Positions 13,407 through 27,849 of a stretch of 57,432 bases of DNA are shown here, one piece after another. Both the position numbers and the translations under genes were made by a program. The DNA comes from Perkinsus chesapeaki ATCC PRA-425 (Eukaryota > Protista > Perkinsozoa): positions 1-57,432 of the forward strand of contig JAAPAO010000176.1 in assembly GCA_013115145.1 (NCBI GenBank), read 5' to 3'. The first letter of the stretch is position 1; each line of letters begins with the position of its first letter. The notes beneath the pieces are model-generated. The model saw only the letters and a list, made by a program, of their open reading frames with translations. It had not been told where the DNA came from and ran no database searches.

Positions 13407-13803
13407 GTATTAGTAACCCTGACAAGCATATTAGTAACAAGTTTTTCAACTGTGGACTGCACAGTGTGCAACATGGTTCGTGCTGTCCGGAGCTCTAATC
13501 CCCGGAGCAGTCCTTAGCGAATCCCGATTTAATCCCGAGATTTCCGTTGGGAGACTATCCAAACCTAGTAGATTGAAGCTAATGAAGGACTTATGATAAT
13601 AGCTTATATCTTTCTCCGCATCGGATGCACTACCACCAGTGGTACCATTCGAGCTCTGCGAGGGCCCCTCGCCGAGGGGGGCAAGAACTCGTCAATGGGA
13701 TGGCTAGAGTAGACTGGCATGGATAATTCGTATGATGTTGCAGTATAACAGATGTACTTAAGTTGGGTTGCATCGCTTGGATGCTTCAATGCCGGTGATA
13801 CCG

Positions 13804-14000
13804 CGCGCACGGTGCATGAAAATGCGCGCAGAGGGTCGAAAATATGCGTAACAAGTATTTCGAGAGTTTGGACTCGGCAACTTGGATTACATAACTAGGG
13901 GCATTTCTAAGGTGTACAGTGAAGGAATTAATCGAAATTTCTTTGTACTTAGCGAATGACCGAGTTGTCAAGAAGCGCGCGTTCTAGATGACGCGTACTG
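13804..14000 (-). repeat. Right terminal inverted repeat (197 bp)
   Basis: Reverse complement of 11731-11927 with 7 mismatches, counted by hand. Confidence 0.97.
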
Positions 14001-14373
14001 TACTACAACCCAGAACCCACATTATTATTATAGACACTTGAAAGCGGTATTAATGGAAGACGATGGCAATAACTAGAACGATGTTGATGTTTGTCAGAGT
14101 TATTAAATATATATCATTAGTGATGATTTAAAAGCAAGCCTTTGTAAATCGAGCACTAGGGTAATGATGAAAGAAGACAGTAATAAGAAAGTAGACCGAT
14201 AAGAATACTGCCCCAAAAAGGCAACGAATAGCAGCAGGAGGAGGAGGACAATAACAGTAACTTAGAGAGGACACTTAAGTCATATATCCACCAATGTGGT
14301 AATAGACAAGACGACTGAGACAGAATTGTTGTCGTTGTAGTAGTAGTAGTAGTATCATCATCATCATCAGTCA

Positions 14374-16029
<1,656 letters not shown>

Positions 16030-18377
16030 ATCTTCTTTAAGAAGGATAACACTACCGAAAACATCATGAACTTCTGAAGTCTTAATGCGAAACGATAGAG
16101 TTAATCACGTTATTGAAACATACCGCAAGTAGTAGTTGGATTGTAGATTAGTTCGAGTTGGAGTAAACCTCAGCTTCGACGGATCCTAAAGCATAAGCTT
16201 GGGTGACAAGGAATAAAGCCATAGCTCAGATAATGGCTAAGATATTTGTGAATCAAACACTTTTACGGCACATAATCAAAATAACCGCACCGGTCCTCAA
16301 AACCCAACAACTTCAGCTTCATCTGTCTCTCAGATTATAATAAGTTACAGGGTTCAACTATGAGACAATAATGGTATCCACGGGAGGATGATATCTTTAG
16401 TATCTCTCGTATAGCTCATAGCTATCATCATCTATTAAGATTCGCCCTTCGAGTTTCTACTACTGTGAATGATAAAGTCAATCACATGCAGCATTTAACG
16501 AAGTTATAAAGGGTTTGCAGGATCGATGCTTTTGTCAAAGGAACTGCATCATCACGATTTCACATTAAAGAATACCTTACACTTCTACAAGCCGACTTGT
16601 GATGGTTGTTGATTTGCTTGGGTTCAGCAGCTTCAGTTTCAGTGTTGCACGTATGTACAAAGCTATACATATGGATATGGATGAAGTATAGGTACTTTCC
16701 TGGCCCTGATTGTCAACTCGACACTTATGCCCGAGTGGGGGAAAACTGCTTACAATTTCTTCGTTGGTCTGAAGCTTTTCTAAGCAATAATCGATCATGG
16801 CGCCTATCGCCTGCGTGTGGACCAACTCCCACGCATGCACAGGCTACCTTTCTGTCGACAATAGAGAGACAGAGTAGCCCAATCTACACGGGCTCTAATC
16901 GAGAAAAATAGATGAATACCACAGCTAGGATAACAGTAGCCCTACTGGCGCCACTGCGTCATCATAGCAAAGAAATAATAACGGAAAATGACCACATAAT
17001 CATCACTGAGTAGCCTTTGTGCGGAGGGAGCATTTTGGCGCCACGACGGCAGATTGGTGGCGCGGATTGTGCGCCAGCTCAATCCTCATCCGCGAGCCCA
17101 TATCAAGGATCGAGGATCACCCATAATGGCCCTAATACTGGCTTAAATTATAGTCATGGTTATCATCATCATCATCATCAACCCTTTTATACCCAACATC
17201 GAACATATCATTAAAAGTGGCCATGAATGTAAGGGTCAAAGGAATAAGTAAGGCCTGCTGCCACCCCTCATCACTGCCGACCCTCGACATCTTCGATCAG
17301 CTTCATGTTATTCATACCAATTGTATGGGCTCGACTAGATCTATAAGATTATATCCTTTCCATTCTTCGTCCTCTGACTACTTTGCTCCGGTATGTGAAT
17401 CTAAACTAGAAAAGAGGATAAAATCGCTGGTGAGCAGCCACAACAGTCAGTGTTAGTAGTAGTCGTCCCTATCTGGTTCCTTGACGATTAACCGTTTAAG
17501 CATTGTTGTCTTAGAGATCAAGTAGAAGAGGAACTGTTAGAAAGTGGTGCTGGTTTGTACAACAATGTATAACATCATTATCAAATGCATGGTAAGTTTC
17601 GAGAGGTGGGTGGGTGGGTTACCGCCGCCCTTATTTATGATGAGCCCTGCTGCTGCTGCTGTAGATGATGATGATGATGTATGTATACGTAAGGTTAATG
17701 GTTTATAATTAGTTCATGCTATAGATACATGTTAGCCTGTAAATAGTATATGTGCTTGGCTTATACCATAAAAAATAATAGAATCCCAAAGCCCAGACGG
17801 ATTGATGAGGGCCATGAATCAGATGGCTGAAATCTACTCATCTGCCAGCAGTAGTGCAGCAGCACTCAAAGCACAACTTACACCATCGAGTGTTAAATAA
17901 TGTTGCTCAACAGCAGCAGCAGCAGCAGCAAGGCAGTAGTGCTCTATACGAGCGCCGACTACTTATCTTACTGTCTCAGGTTTTTTACGTATTATGTATA
18001 GTAGTCTTGTTTCTTCTTGTTGTTGTTATACCCTTTACATGGGCAGATACTCTTCATCTACCATACCTCCTGCTCATGTTCTATGAATTATGTACAGTGA
18101 GTTGTAGTACTGAAGAAGGCAGCAGCAGCACCTGCTGACTCCTCTTATCAATGACTTATATCATACCATCACTTGAGCTGTAGCATCCTCAGTATCTAAG
18201 AATATGGGACATCAGTAATAGGACATTTAATGGATGGCCATCTACCTCAACTTATTATATAATACTACTCCTACTCAGTCTGCAGACTACGTATAAGGGT
18301 ACATTCTTACGAGTTCACTGTGCCTAATTTGTTACATCTTCACTCTTAGGAGACGTTATTTATAATCTTAAGCTTAA

Positions 18378-21300
18378 ATGAGCTCTCCTCCTCCTCCTCC
18401 TCCTTCATCTCATTATTATAATAATCACCAAGAATCGACAAGATCAATAGATATAAATGGAAACCCATCTTCATCTTCAATTGAGAGATTCTTGCATCAC
18501 TTTACTTCTAAAGCATCTCCTCAATTATCGAGACAATATATTAAGGAGGGCGGCGGCGGCGGTGATGATGATGATGATAATGATGATGATAGGAAAGAGT
18601 ATGAATCAGTAGTATATTAGTATGTTATATAGATTACTTCATAGACCACTATGGAGCAACAACAAGAAGAAGAAGAAGAACACAAAAAGGGATGATATCC
18701 ATAATAATAATAATGAGGATCGGAAGTTACCCACACCGCTGCTGCTAACTCATGTGAACAGCAGCAGCAGCAGCAGCAGCAGGTTGTTGTTGTTGTTGTT
18801 AGAACATCCATGTTCTACTCATACTTTATATAAAGGTTATATAATAATACTACTACTGAATAAAGGTACAATGGTCTCCTCCTGAATCAGATAATGATCA
18901 TGATGATGACATGCATAATCATAGTACTACTACTATAATAGATAATTGTCATGATGACGATGTTCCTATTAAACGATTAATTATTGAGAGCGAGGAATAT
19001 TCAAAATCAAATAGTATAAATATAAGAAGTTCGAGGCAGCAGCAGCAGCATGGGATAATATATGACGAGTTTGAGATAGGTGGTGGTGAAAGGAGGACAA
19101 TAAGTGAATGTCATTTAATGACGGGATTGAAGAAGAAGAAGAAGGCCGCCGCCGCCGCCTGTGATGGTGAGAAGAAACAAGAGAAACGGAAGCAGGACAT
19201 AGAAGAAGAAGAACAGATAAGAGGGATATATGAGAAGGCATGTTTAGAGCTTAACTGTGATCCTGTTATACCACTACCATTTATTATAACTGATAATGGA
19301 CAAGAGCTAATAATAGATAATAATGGGTTATCTCCACTTATACCTCCTACAAGCCAAGGGTATGCTATTTCAGTGGCACTTATAGGGTAATAGCAGTAAT
19401 AAGGCCTTACCTCTTACTCTTACTTACTCATTTAACTTATTCACGGATTGAATAAAGATTATATGAGTATTACTGATAGATATGATAAACTACGACGTAT
19501 TATTATAAGAGACAGCGGCCTTACTGATACTGCTGTTGGTAAAATACTTAATATGATAAAGTAAGCAAGAAGAAGGAAAATAGTATCACATAATTAATAC
19601 GGTAACTATAGATATGTTAATAATAATAAGAAGAAGAATAACTTTATTGAAGACATAATACTAGATAACCTACCTTTGAGTTATAAGACTGTCGAAAGTA
19701 TCTTTATGAACTATTGTCAAGGGACTATGATAAGTTTAAAAAGGTTAATATTAAAAGATGTTGGTTTGGGTGGAAATATTAATATTATTAATGATATACC
19801 TTACAAATCTAAAGTAATGATTCATCATCATGTACATCATCATCATCATTATCATACTGGGTTTAATAACATTGGCTGCAGCATTTATCAGCAGGTATAT
19901 AGTAAGTGTATTGAAATACTTAAAGATGACAATAGCGATGATTATGATGATGATTATGAGTGCTATCATTACAAAGAAGAAGTAGTAGCAGTTGATAATG
20001 ATAGTAATAAGATATGTATATATAATGATGTTAGATATCAGTCATTAACATTCCTCTACTTCTTCCTATAATGGTTTATATAAGGGATACATCATCATTA
20101 TTAAATGAACTTAATATATCTAATATAATTATATGTCATGATGCTTGGTTATCTCTCACTTGGGCTATTGGTCATAGGTTAGTCAGTGGTTATTGGAACA
20201 TACGTACATATATAATGTATACATATAAACCCGTAAGCGTTTAGGTATGTTACACTTGAAAAGCTAATATTACAATCAACAGGTTTAACGTCAGATATGG
20301 TAATTACGGTCGTCTATTTAATAAGCATTATATTATTATAAATTAATTATCAGATATCATCAATGAAGAATCTGGCTAGAGGTATATCACATAATAAATC
20401 ATTAATAGATATATCATTACGGTGCAATCCTATTAAAAGTGTTACACCAGAGTTTATAATGTTATTGGAATCATTAGGGAACCATCCAGTGTTAACTCAT
20501 TTGGACTTATCACAGGTATTCCCACCTTCTTCTTCTTCTTCTTCTTCTTCTTCTTGTTGTTGTTGTTGAATACTTCTTATTATTATATGTATTAGATAGA
20601 GGTATTTGGTATATCTAGCAAGAGTAACTTCCTACTCAAAAGGAGGCAGTATGAAACATTAATGGAGTTATTAAATGATAAAGTATTGAGATGCAGTCAT
20701 TCTATACAATGCTTACATATGTAAGTATATTAGTACTATACATTTACTACGGATAATACTACGAGACTACCGATAAGATAATGAATCACCTATCATCAGA
20801 TTTGGTTTGATGAGACATAGTTTATACTCCAGAGAACTTATCGATATTATTATTATGGGAGAGGAGGAGGAGGAGGGGGAACCTGATGTCAAAGTGATTA
20901 TTAACATATCCATTAATATCCATAGTAGGTCATTATTATTATTATCTTATGTATGTCAGGGTACATGTTGGAAGAAGAATAATAATGATAATATAAATGA
21001 TAGTAGAGAACTGGTAGTGTGGCGTAGAACTAGTAGTAGTAACATTGAATTCACCTATAAAGAAGGGGAAATAACTACAACGAGAATCAGCAAGATAGAA
21101 CAACAACAACAACATCACAATGGTGGTGGTAATCTTACAAACAATTGGAGGATTGCTGTAGTCGAGGAAAATTATAAAAATAATAATAATAATAGTGTTG
21201 GTGGTGGTGAGTCCTATCATCATCATCATTATTACCCTAGAGATAATGATGTATATTTTAATGCTTGTTGGATATGTGATAGATGTATTGAGTATACATT

Positions 21301-23951
21301 CATGTAAGAATTATATTAATTAACAACAACAACAATAGTAGTAGTAGGAGTAGTATTAACAGATATGAATCTAAAGTTACCATACCAGTGGTCATGACAT
21401 CATCATCATCATCATATAACAACAAATACTCATCGCAAGCAGTTGTTGATACTCAGAAAGTATCTTTAATCGGTAATAATATTAATTATTGCTATCACTG
21501 ATTGAATGATTATTATTATTTGCTGCTGCTTATCAATATTCAGCATCATTCGCTCAACCTCATCAATTACCGATACCTATGCATCGCAAACAAAAAATAA
21601 TTGGTGGACACAACAATAACGACTACGACGATAGTGTTACATACACAGTTACACTATTAATTCCACCCTCAGCAGCAGGTGGTGGTGGTGGTATTATCAT
21701 CGCCACTTGTTATTCGTATCACTTGTTCATCTCAGACATCCCATATTACATCGCTTTCATAATAAATGACACTTATATACTTTCTAATGATAAAATGAAT
21801 ACAGTGAATACGAACAGAGTAAATCATCATTTTAAATAAATATATTATTATATGATAATAAAAAGGTACCATCGTTTATTATTGATAATATGTTTAACAA
21901 CTTTACATCATCATCATCATCATCCGTCATCCCTGATAAAGTTAATATTATTAATAGTAAGACGAAGAAGAACTAACTTAACTTGAATAAGCATGGCATA
22001 CGTGATTATGATTATGATAGTTACCCATTCAAACAGCAATAATAATAAACAACAACAACAAGAACTAAGGGATCCATCATGTATCATAATAATACATGAC
22101 GAACCATCATTATCATCATCACCACCCTCAGACAACAGCATTCAGAGCAGAGACTGCATAGCAGAAGCAGCAGCAAGCTTGGAAGAAGCTTTTAATTATG
22201 ATATCAAATCCTTACCTTTAACAAGCCTATGCTCATACAAAGAAGAAAAAGTATTATTAACATGTCTGAGGGCACGGTAGGGTGCTACTTGTTGTTATTG
22301 TTATTGTTGTTAGTAATGTAAGTAGTTGTTATGTAGGTACTCAACAATAAATGATGTATGGTCTATATTATTAAGTCAATCTATCTCGAATAATAATGAA
22401 GCGATATCACATGTGTCATATATTGATATTATAGACATGTTTGACAAAGCATCACAATATCATCATCACAATGCTGGCTGTAGTATAAGCATCAGCATCA
22501 GCTCACAGGGATCTAACAAGAGTATAATGTTCAGATTTTAGTAAAGTGAACATGGCAACGGTTAAAGAATGTATGAATCAAGTAGAATAATAACAACATT
22601 AATAGAGTAATGATATCGTAACATCCACACCAGGTAAAGATGACGGAAAACGATACTATAATAGCATCATCGGGAAAAGGATTAGAGCATTATCATCATC
22701 ATGGTGAGCGATAAGACATTACAATCGGTCAGATAAAGGATAGTATTATTGTAGATTTAGGTGATATGAAAGAAAAAGTTAAAAGGTTGTTGATGAAGGA
22801 GCGACGGGGGCGAGTGAAGAGTTTTAATGTATCATGCTTGACATGATTGTAAATGTAATATTATCAATGCTCTTCTTTATTCAGACTGGTAGTAGTATGG
22901 ATGATAATACTACTACTAATACGACTACTACGGCAGTATTCTCACGAAGTCAACTTATCGAACTGTTCATACGTCTATCAATCGTCGTCGATGTTGTTGT
23001 TATCTTAAACCAGAGTAATGTTGACAAAGATTCTGTTAGTTCATCTTTTTCCAAGTAAAGGACATTAATGAGATACTTAATATTCAATATGAGCAGGTTT
23101 ATCGATTATTATGTTGAACCTAATATCCTTTGGGGAACAAATCTGTCACCTTTTCCAAGGAGACTTGTGCAAACTAATGAAGTTCAAAAGGTTCGTCCTT
23201 AGTAGTGTATTTTTTGTAATCACAAGATTATTATCAGGTTTGTATGGATCATGTATCACTGTTGAGAAGCCTACATTACAAGTACGGCCAAAGCGCTGAG
23301 AAGTTTGTAGGGTTACCCAAATTATTAAGAATGATGGACAAAGAGTTCACGGCTAAGGATGGAAGGTGTTTATTCAATTTATCATTATCACCTATGGAGC
23401 TGCCTAAAGTAAATGGTGCACGCTACTAACCGAAGGAAAACTAGTTACTACTATTATAGGTTCACAGCCGATCATCATCATTGACATACGAACAATTTAT
23501 CGAAGCTCTCTGCCGACTTTCCCTTGTACATCATAACCAACGTTTATCGGCTATTAAACGTTATCATATCTTAACAACAACAACAACCCCACCATCTGAT
23601 AAAGTCAGTTATCGTTATTTAGGTTAATTATATCTTCAACTTTAGGGAAAGGTACCCGCCAATCATGATAGAATTGTGAATGATAAAAACGCAATGGTAA
23701 GGGAGTAACTGAAAAAGACGTAATGAAGATGAAGTGTGTTATGAGCAGATTATGAGTAGTCATGATAAATTAAAGAGAGCTGTTGGTTTGGTTATTAAAC
23801 TTATACGTAATAATAGATGTGGTGTTTTAGGTAGGTATCATAATAATGGTATTTGAGATAGTTTTTGTAAGGTGGTGATATAATAAAAGGTTATGAGTTA
23901 AGCGAACGCCTTTTACAGTTATTACATGTAATCATGTCAAAGAAAATATAG
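18378..23951 (+). CDS. Leucine-rich-repeat (RNI-like) protein, many exons
   Basis: Exons include LKRLILKDVGLGG, LKKLILQSTGLTSD, LARGISHNKSLIDISLRCNPI and LGNHPVLTHLDLS, with later helical exons (FSRSQLIELFIRLS). The last exon reads GYELSERLLQLLHVIMSKKI*. The exon chain was only partly reconstructed. Confidence 0.6.
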
Positions 23952-24884
23952 TTTTGTCATTGCGTCTTGTGTTGTTACTAGTCTAAACTCTACTCGGTAA
24001 TTATGACTTACCCAAATAATAATAAGTGAGGGAGGCGGAAAAGCCGTGATCCGAAGGGCTCCTTCGCAGCCTTTGTCAACCGGGCCGCTCGAGGACTGGG
24101 TAGCGCTCGCTACGAGCTGAGTCAAAGGTCATGCCCAACTGGGGTGTGGCGACAGTCAAGTTATATTGTGAACCACACTTTGCAATGGAGTCTTTCTTCG
24201 GGGGGGAGTGCGTTTAGCAAGCCGAAAGCCGAGTAAGCCCCCCTAGACTTGAATCGAGGCAAACGGGCAACTGCGACGGATCTGGGCAGCCCGACGAAGT
24301 GCTAGAAGCTGACTAGCACAGAGTGTCCATTGCTCGTTAGACAGTGAGTCGCATTAGTCGGTGAGGTAATGTTAGACTACTAATCTATAGGGACCCAGGG
24401 ATTCTCAGGCAGAAACTAACAATGTGGCCACGCTCCAAACTATGGCCAGTCAGTTTCACGCGTATTGCCGCCGACCGGAACTAAGGTCGTAGGTCAATGC
24501 TCGGGTGGGTCTGAGGGGTAGTCGGTGTCCTGCGAGAAACCACCAGCATTAATGAGTGACTGGTCGGCGTGGCGAAGTTGGACTTCTTTTTTACACCATC
24601 TCAATGATTACGAGTATCTCGGCACGTATCACAATTTTGTGTCGCGGGAATCTTTCGCGCCAGCGTCGCAAAATGAGAGCTTCGTGCTTCTGAAAAGTTT
24701 TGACCGCTTCATCTTCAAGGCACGTAACGACCTCTGGTCTGCCCATTCCCCGCCGCCCATCAAGCTTGTGAAAAGTTATACTGAAAAACTAAACAACATA
24801 GAGCTTTAAGTATTGAAAAACTAGTCATCATCATCATCTAGATGAAAGGCGAATGTTGTGCCCATGTTGCTTCTTGTTTCATTA

Positions 24885-26138
24885 TTATGCGGTAGTAGTA
24901 GCAGCAACCTCAGCTAAGTTGGAAAATGTTAGTTTCATAGCATCGATATAACCAACTTCATTATACACTAATCCATGTTTATTAAATAATTCTTTAACTC
25001 TTTTATTGACATAACCAGGGAATCTAAATTGTGGACATGATGGGAATAGATGATGTTCTATTTGATAATTTAAATAACTCATTAACCATGTTACTATTAT
25101 ATTATTTGTTGCAACATTCATTGTATGTTTTGAGGCGTATTCCAACCAATCAACTGTTGTATCGTTATTATTAATAACTGGTAGATGAGTATGTGATAAA
25201 GCAAAATGTATAAATATGTACATACCACCAACATGTACACTTGCTATATAACATATTAATACTGATAATAATCCATACTCAATAACCAAATAACCAATAA
25301 TTGAATAACGAACCAATAACCATAATGATTCCATTATTTGTCCAGTTCTGATAATGTGTCTTGGATGGAGGTAAAATTGCCAAAAAAACGACACAAGTAA
25401 TGTTGATAATGGTGCAAAGAGTATTGATTGATACTTAATCCATAATGTAGGTAATTTATTATTTAATATAGCCTTGTTGAACGCTACTAATGGTAATGTT
25501 TGTAAATCAACATCTTTACCTAAATGTTGTGGTGCTGCATGATGCTTATTATGTGCATTACGCCACCAAGCCGCTGACATACCACATCCAATACCAAAGT
25601 ATAATTCTTGAATGAATTGATCAATCTTCCAATAACCAGTTAAAGAATGATGACCACCTTCATGCATTAACCAACCAGCTCGTCCTTGTGATATACCTAA
25701 TATAGCACAACCAATATAAACATTATTAGTATGTAATGTTAAATAGAATCCAATCATATAAAGTATAATAACCTCCATACAACGATAAATAATATGACAA
25801 ATACTTGGTTCGAATATACCTTTCTTTATCAGCTCATCTCTTAAACTTTTGAAATCATCAAGAGCTGACCTTTTAGAAGGGGTAATTATACTATTTCGTA
25901 TTTTATCATCATCGATCGTACGTGATGGTAATGTATTCAATATCTTATCAGCTTTAACACTTCCCGTATGAAATTCACGATATGCATCAGTTGCATCATT
26001 ACCAATATTAAATAATATAATTTTACCACCAGGATGACGATTAATAAATCTAGTTATATCATATATACGATTATTAATGATAATCTCAATAGGTTTATTA
26101 GTATCGCTTGTTTTATTATTAGTAGTAGTAGCTACCAT
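24885..26138 (-). CDS. Cytochrome b5-fused front-end fatty acid desaturase, likely delta-5 (intronless)
   Basis: HPGG heme motif and His boxes HEGGH, HNKHH, QIEHH. The ORF track extends to 26231, but the likely start is MVATTT at 26138, downstream of the conserved AGGCCCCTT motif. The delta-5 call rests on position in the cluster and the QGRAGWLMHEGGH motif. Confidence 0.9.
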   Translation of the reverse strand: MVATTTNNKTSDTNKPIEIIINNRIYDITRFINRHPGGKIILFNIGNDATDAYREFHTGSVKADKILNTLPSRTIDDDKIRNSIITPSKRSALDDFKSLRDELIKKGIFEPSICHIIYRCMEVIILYMIGFYLTLHTNNVYIGCAILGISQGRAGWLMHEGGHHSLTGYWKIDQFIQELYFGIGCGMSAAWWRNAHNKHHAAPQHLGKDVDLQTLPLVAFNKAILNNKLPTLWIKYQSILFAPLSTLLVSFFWQFYLHPRHIIRTGQIMESLWLLVRYSIIGYLVIEYGLLSVLICYIASVHVGGMYIFIHFALSHTHLPVINNNDTTVDWLEYASKHTMNVATNNIIVTWLMSYLNYQIEHHLFPSCPQFRFPGYVNKRVKELFNKHGLVYNEVGYIDAMKLTFSNLAEVAATTTA

Positions 26139-26154
26139 AATAATAAAAAAGAAG

Positions 26155-26163
26155 AAGGGGCCT
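26155..26163 (-). promoter_or_regulatory. AGGCCCCTT motif 16 nt upstream of the delta-5 desaturase ATG
   Basis: Minus strand TTATTAG|GCCCCTT-CTTCTTTTTTATTATT-ATG. Confidence 0.7.
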
Positions 26164-26345
26164 AATAACAAGATAATAAAAGGAATATATAAAATAAACA
26201 AGAAATCAACAATGATAATAATCATCATCATGATAAATATCCAATAACCATTATTATTTATATTTATTAAATAGTAATAGTATTACAGTCTAACTAACAT
26301 ACATCCACTTCATCGATGATATAGTCTTCTTTACATAATACTCTT

Positions 26346-27713
26346 TTATTTGCTCTTGTTCTTGTTTGATGATAATCTTTTAATATTTCTTATAACATTA
26401 TAATGTAATGTAGATATAGCAGCAGTTGTACAATTTAATATATTAGTCTCTTTATATTCTAAATTCAGTTCATTAGCTATTTCTTTAACTAATGGTGTTG
26501 TATATGGTAAATTATGTCTTGGCATAGTAGGAAATAAATGATGCTCAATCTGCATATTTAAACCACCAGTGATATAAAACCATAATTTATTTTCAAACTT
26601 TGTATTAGTAAATGAACCAATATTAATAGTAGTCTTTAATGTTTGACGTATTAATGATAATGAACTATTACTATCTATTCTAGGTTCATTATAATGACTA
26701 GCAAATACAACAATAGCAGTTAAGAATCCACTTAACATATATGATAATAATATTATTAACCAATAACCAGTAGTATATATAATATATATAATAAATATAA
26801 TATGTAATATTATAGCTATTGAATCCCTTCTAGCATGTTTACGTGTATACTTATTAATAGATTTACTTTGTCTAATACATACCATAATTGATTCATATAA
26901 CCAATATATATGTAACAATGTTAACATTGGTATATAATAACATGCTTGATATTTATTAATATTACCAACATTAAAATCCTCATAAAAATGTAATGGTGGT
27001 TGTGTTAATATATCTGGATCATGATTATATTGATTAGTTAAAACATGATGTGTATTATGTCGTAATTTCCACCATAATAATGTATTCCCTCTAAATAAAG
27101 CAGTTAACCAAGCTAAATAATCATTAATATTACACCATTTAGTATTAGATATTAATAATGATGTGTGATGTGACCAATCATGTCCTAACCAACCTAATTG
27201 AAACCATCCAAAACCAATTAATAATATACACCATATTTTACCATTATAATTACCATAATTACCAGACTCCAATTCATTATTCATATTTTGTGATATACTT
27301 AATAATAAAGCAAAACCAATGATAACCAAACCAAATGATATGATAGCTTTGATTACTTCATATCCAAAATTGGCTTTAAACCAACCATTACGTCTTGCTT
27401 TGGATTGTAGTCTATAATAAATAAGCTGCTCATTTGTTAATAAACCTTCATCAATACCAACTTCATTATTATTATTATTATTTCTATATTTAATAATACG
27501 TTCGATAGCTTCTTCAGAATGCATAGCCATGATAACATCGGTCGCATCTTTATTATTAAATGCTCTTAATACTTTAGAACCACCTGGATGATAACTTAAC
27601 CACCATTCACTTATATTAACCCATTTACCGAATAATTTAATATTCATAACATTATCTTTATTATTAGTCATATTATTATTGTTAGATATGATAGTATTAT
27701 TATTATCAACCAT
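26346..27713 (-). CDS. Cytochrome b5-fused front-end fatty acid desaturase, likely delta-8 (intronless)
   Basis: HPGG, HDWSHH, HNTHH and QIEHH motifs. The delta-8 call is by analogy to the P. marinus cluster. Confidence 0.88.
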   Translation of the reverse strand: MVDNNNTIISNNNNMTNNKDNVMNIKLFGKWVNISEWWLSYHPGGSKVLRAFNNKDATDVIMAMHSEEAIERIIKYRNNNNNNEVGIDEGLLTNEQLIYYRLQSKARRNGWFKANFGYEVIKAIISFGLVIIGFALLLSISQNMNNELESGNYGNYNGKIWCILLIGFGWFQLGWLGHDWSHHTSLLISNTKWCNINDYLAWLTALFRGNTLLWWKLRHNTHHVLTNQYNHDPDILTQPPLHFYEDFNVGNINKYQACYYIPMLTLLHIYWLYESIMVCIRQSKSINKYTRKHARRDSIAIILHIIFIIYIIYTTGYWLIILLSYMLSGFLTAIVVFASHYNEPRIDSNSSLSLIRQTLKTTINIGSFTNTKFENKLWFYITGGLNMQIEHHLFPTMPRHNLPYTTPLVKEIANELNLEYKETNILNCTTAAISTLHYNVIRNIKRLSSNKNKSK

Positions 27714-27729
27714 GATAATAGTAATAAAT

Positions 27730-27738
27730 AAGGGGCCT
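27730..27738 (-). promoter_or_regulatory. AGGCCCCTT motif 16 nt upstream of the delta-8 desaturase ATG
   Basis: Minus strand ACATCAG|GCCCCTT-ATTTATTACTATTATC-ATG. Confidence 0.7.
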
Positions 27739-27849
27739 GATGTAGACTAATAATAATAATAATGATGATGATACACTTAACAAAACAACAAGTATATCAT
27801 AATAATAATAACCTTACTCAATATCATTAAAAAACTATTAATCTACTTC

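Larger units (their letters stand above)
11731..14000 (-). mobile_element. Tc1/mariner (IS630-Tc1-mariner) DNA transposon, 2270 bp, internally deleted
   Basis: Termini CAGTAC...GTACTG are flanked by TA on both sides (11729-11730, 14001-14002). It has 197-bp TIRs and internal transposase fragments, and is much more GC-rich than its flanks. Confidence 0.92.

Noticed and set aside
12404-13517. Plus-strand ORFs inside the transposon (114, 169 and 81 aa)
   Set aside because: They are antisense shadows of the GC-rich transposase frames, with no recognisable motifs.
24375-24523. GACTAC ... GTAGTC(GG) pair resembling group I intron P7 (R/S elements)
   Set aside because: No convincing P3, P4 or P6 pairings, no host exon to interrupt, and a non-rDNA nuclear context. 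A 6-bp match is expected by chance. An Infernal search would settle it.
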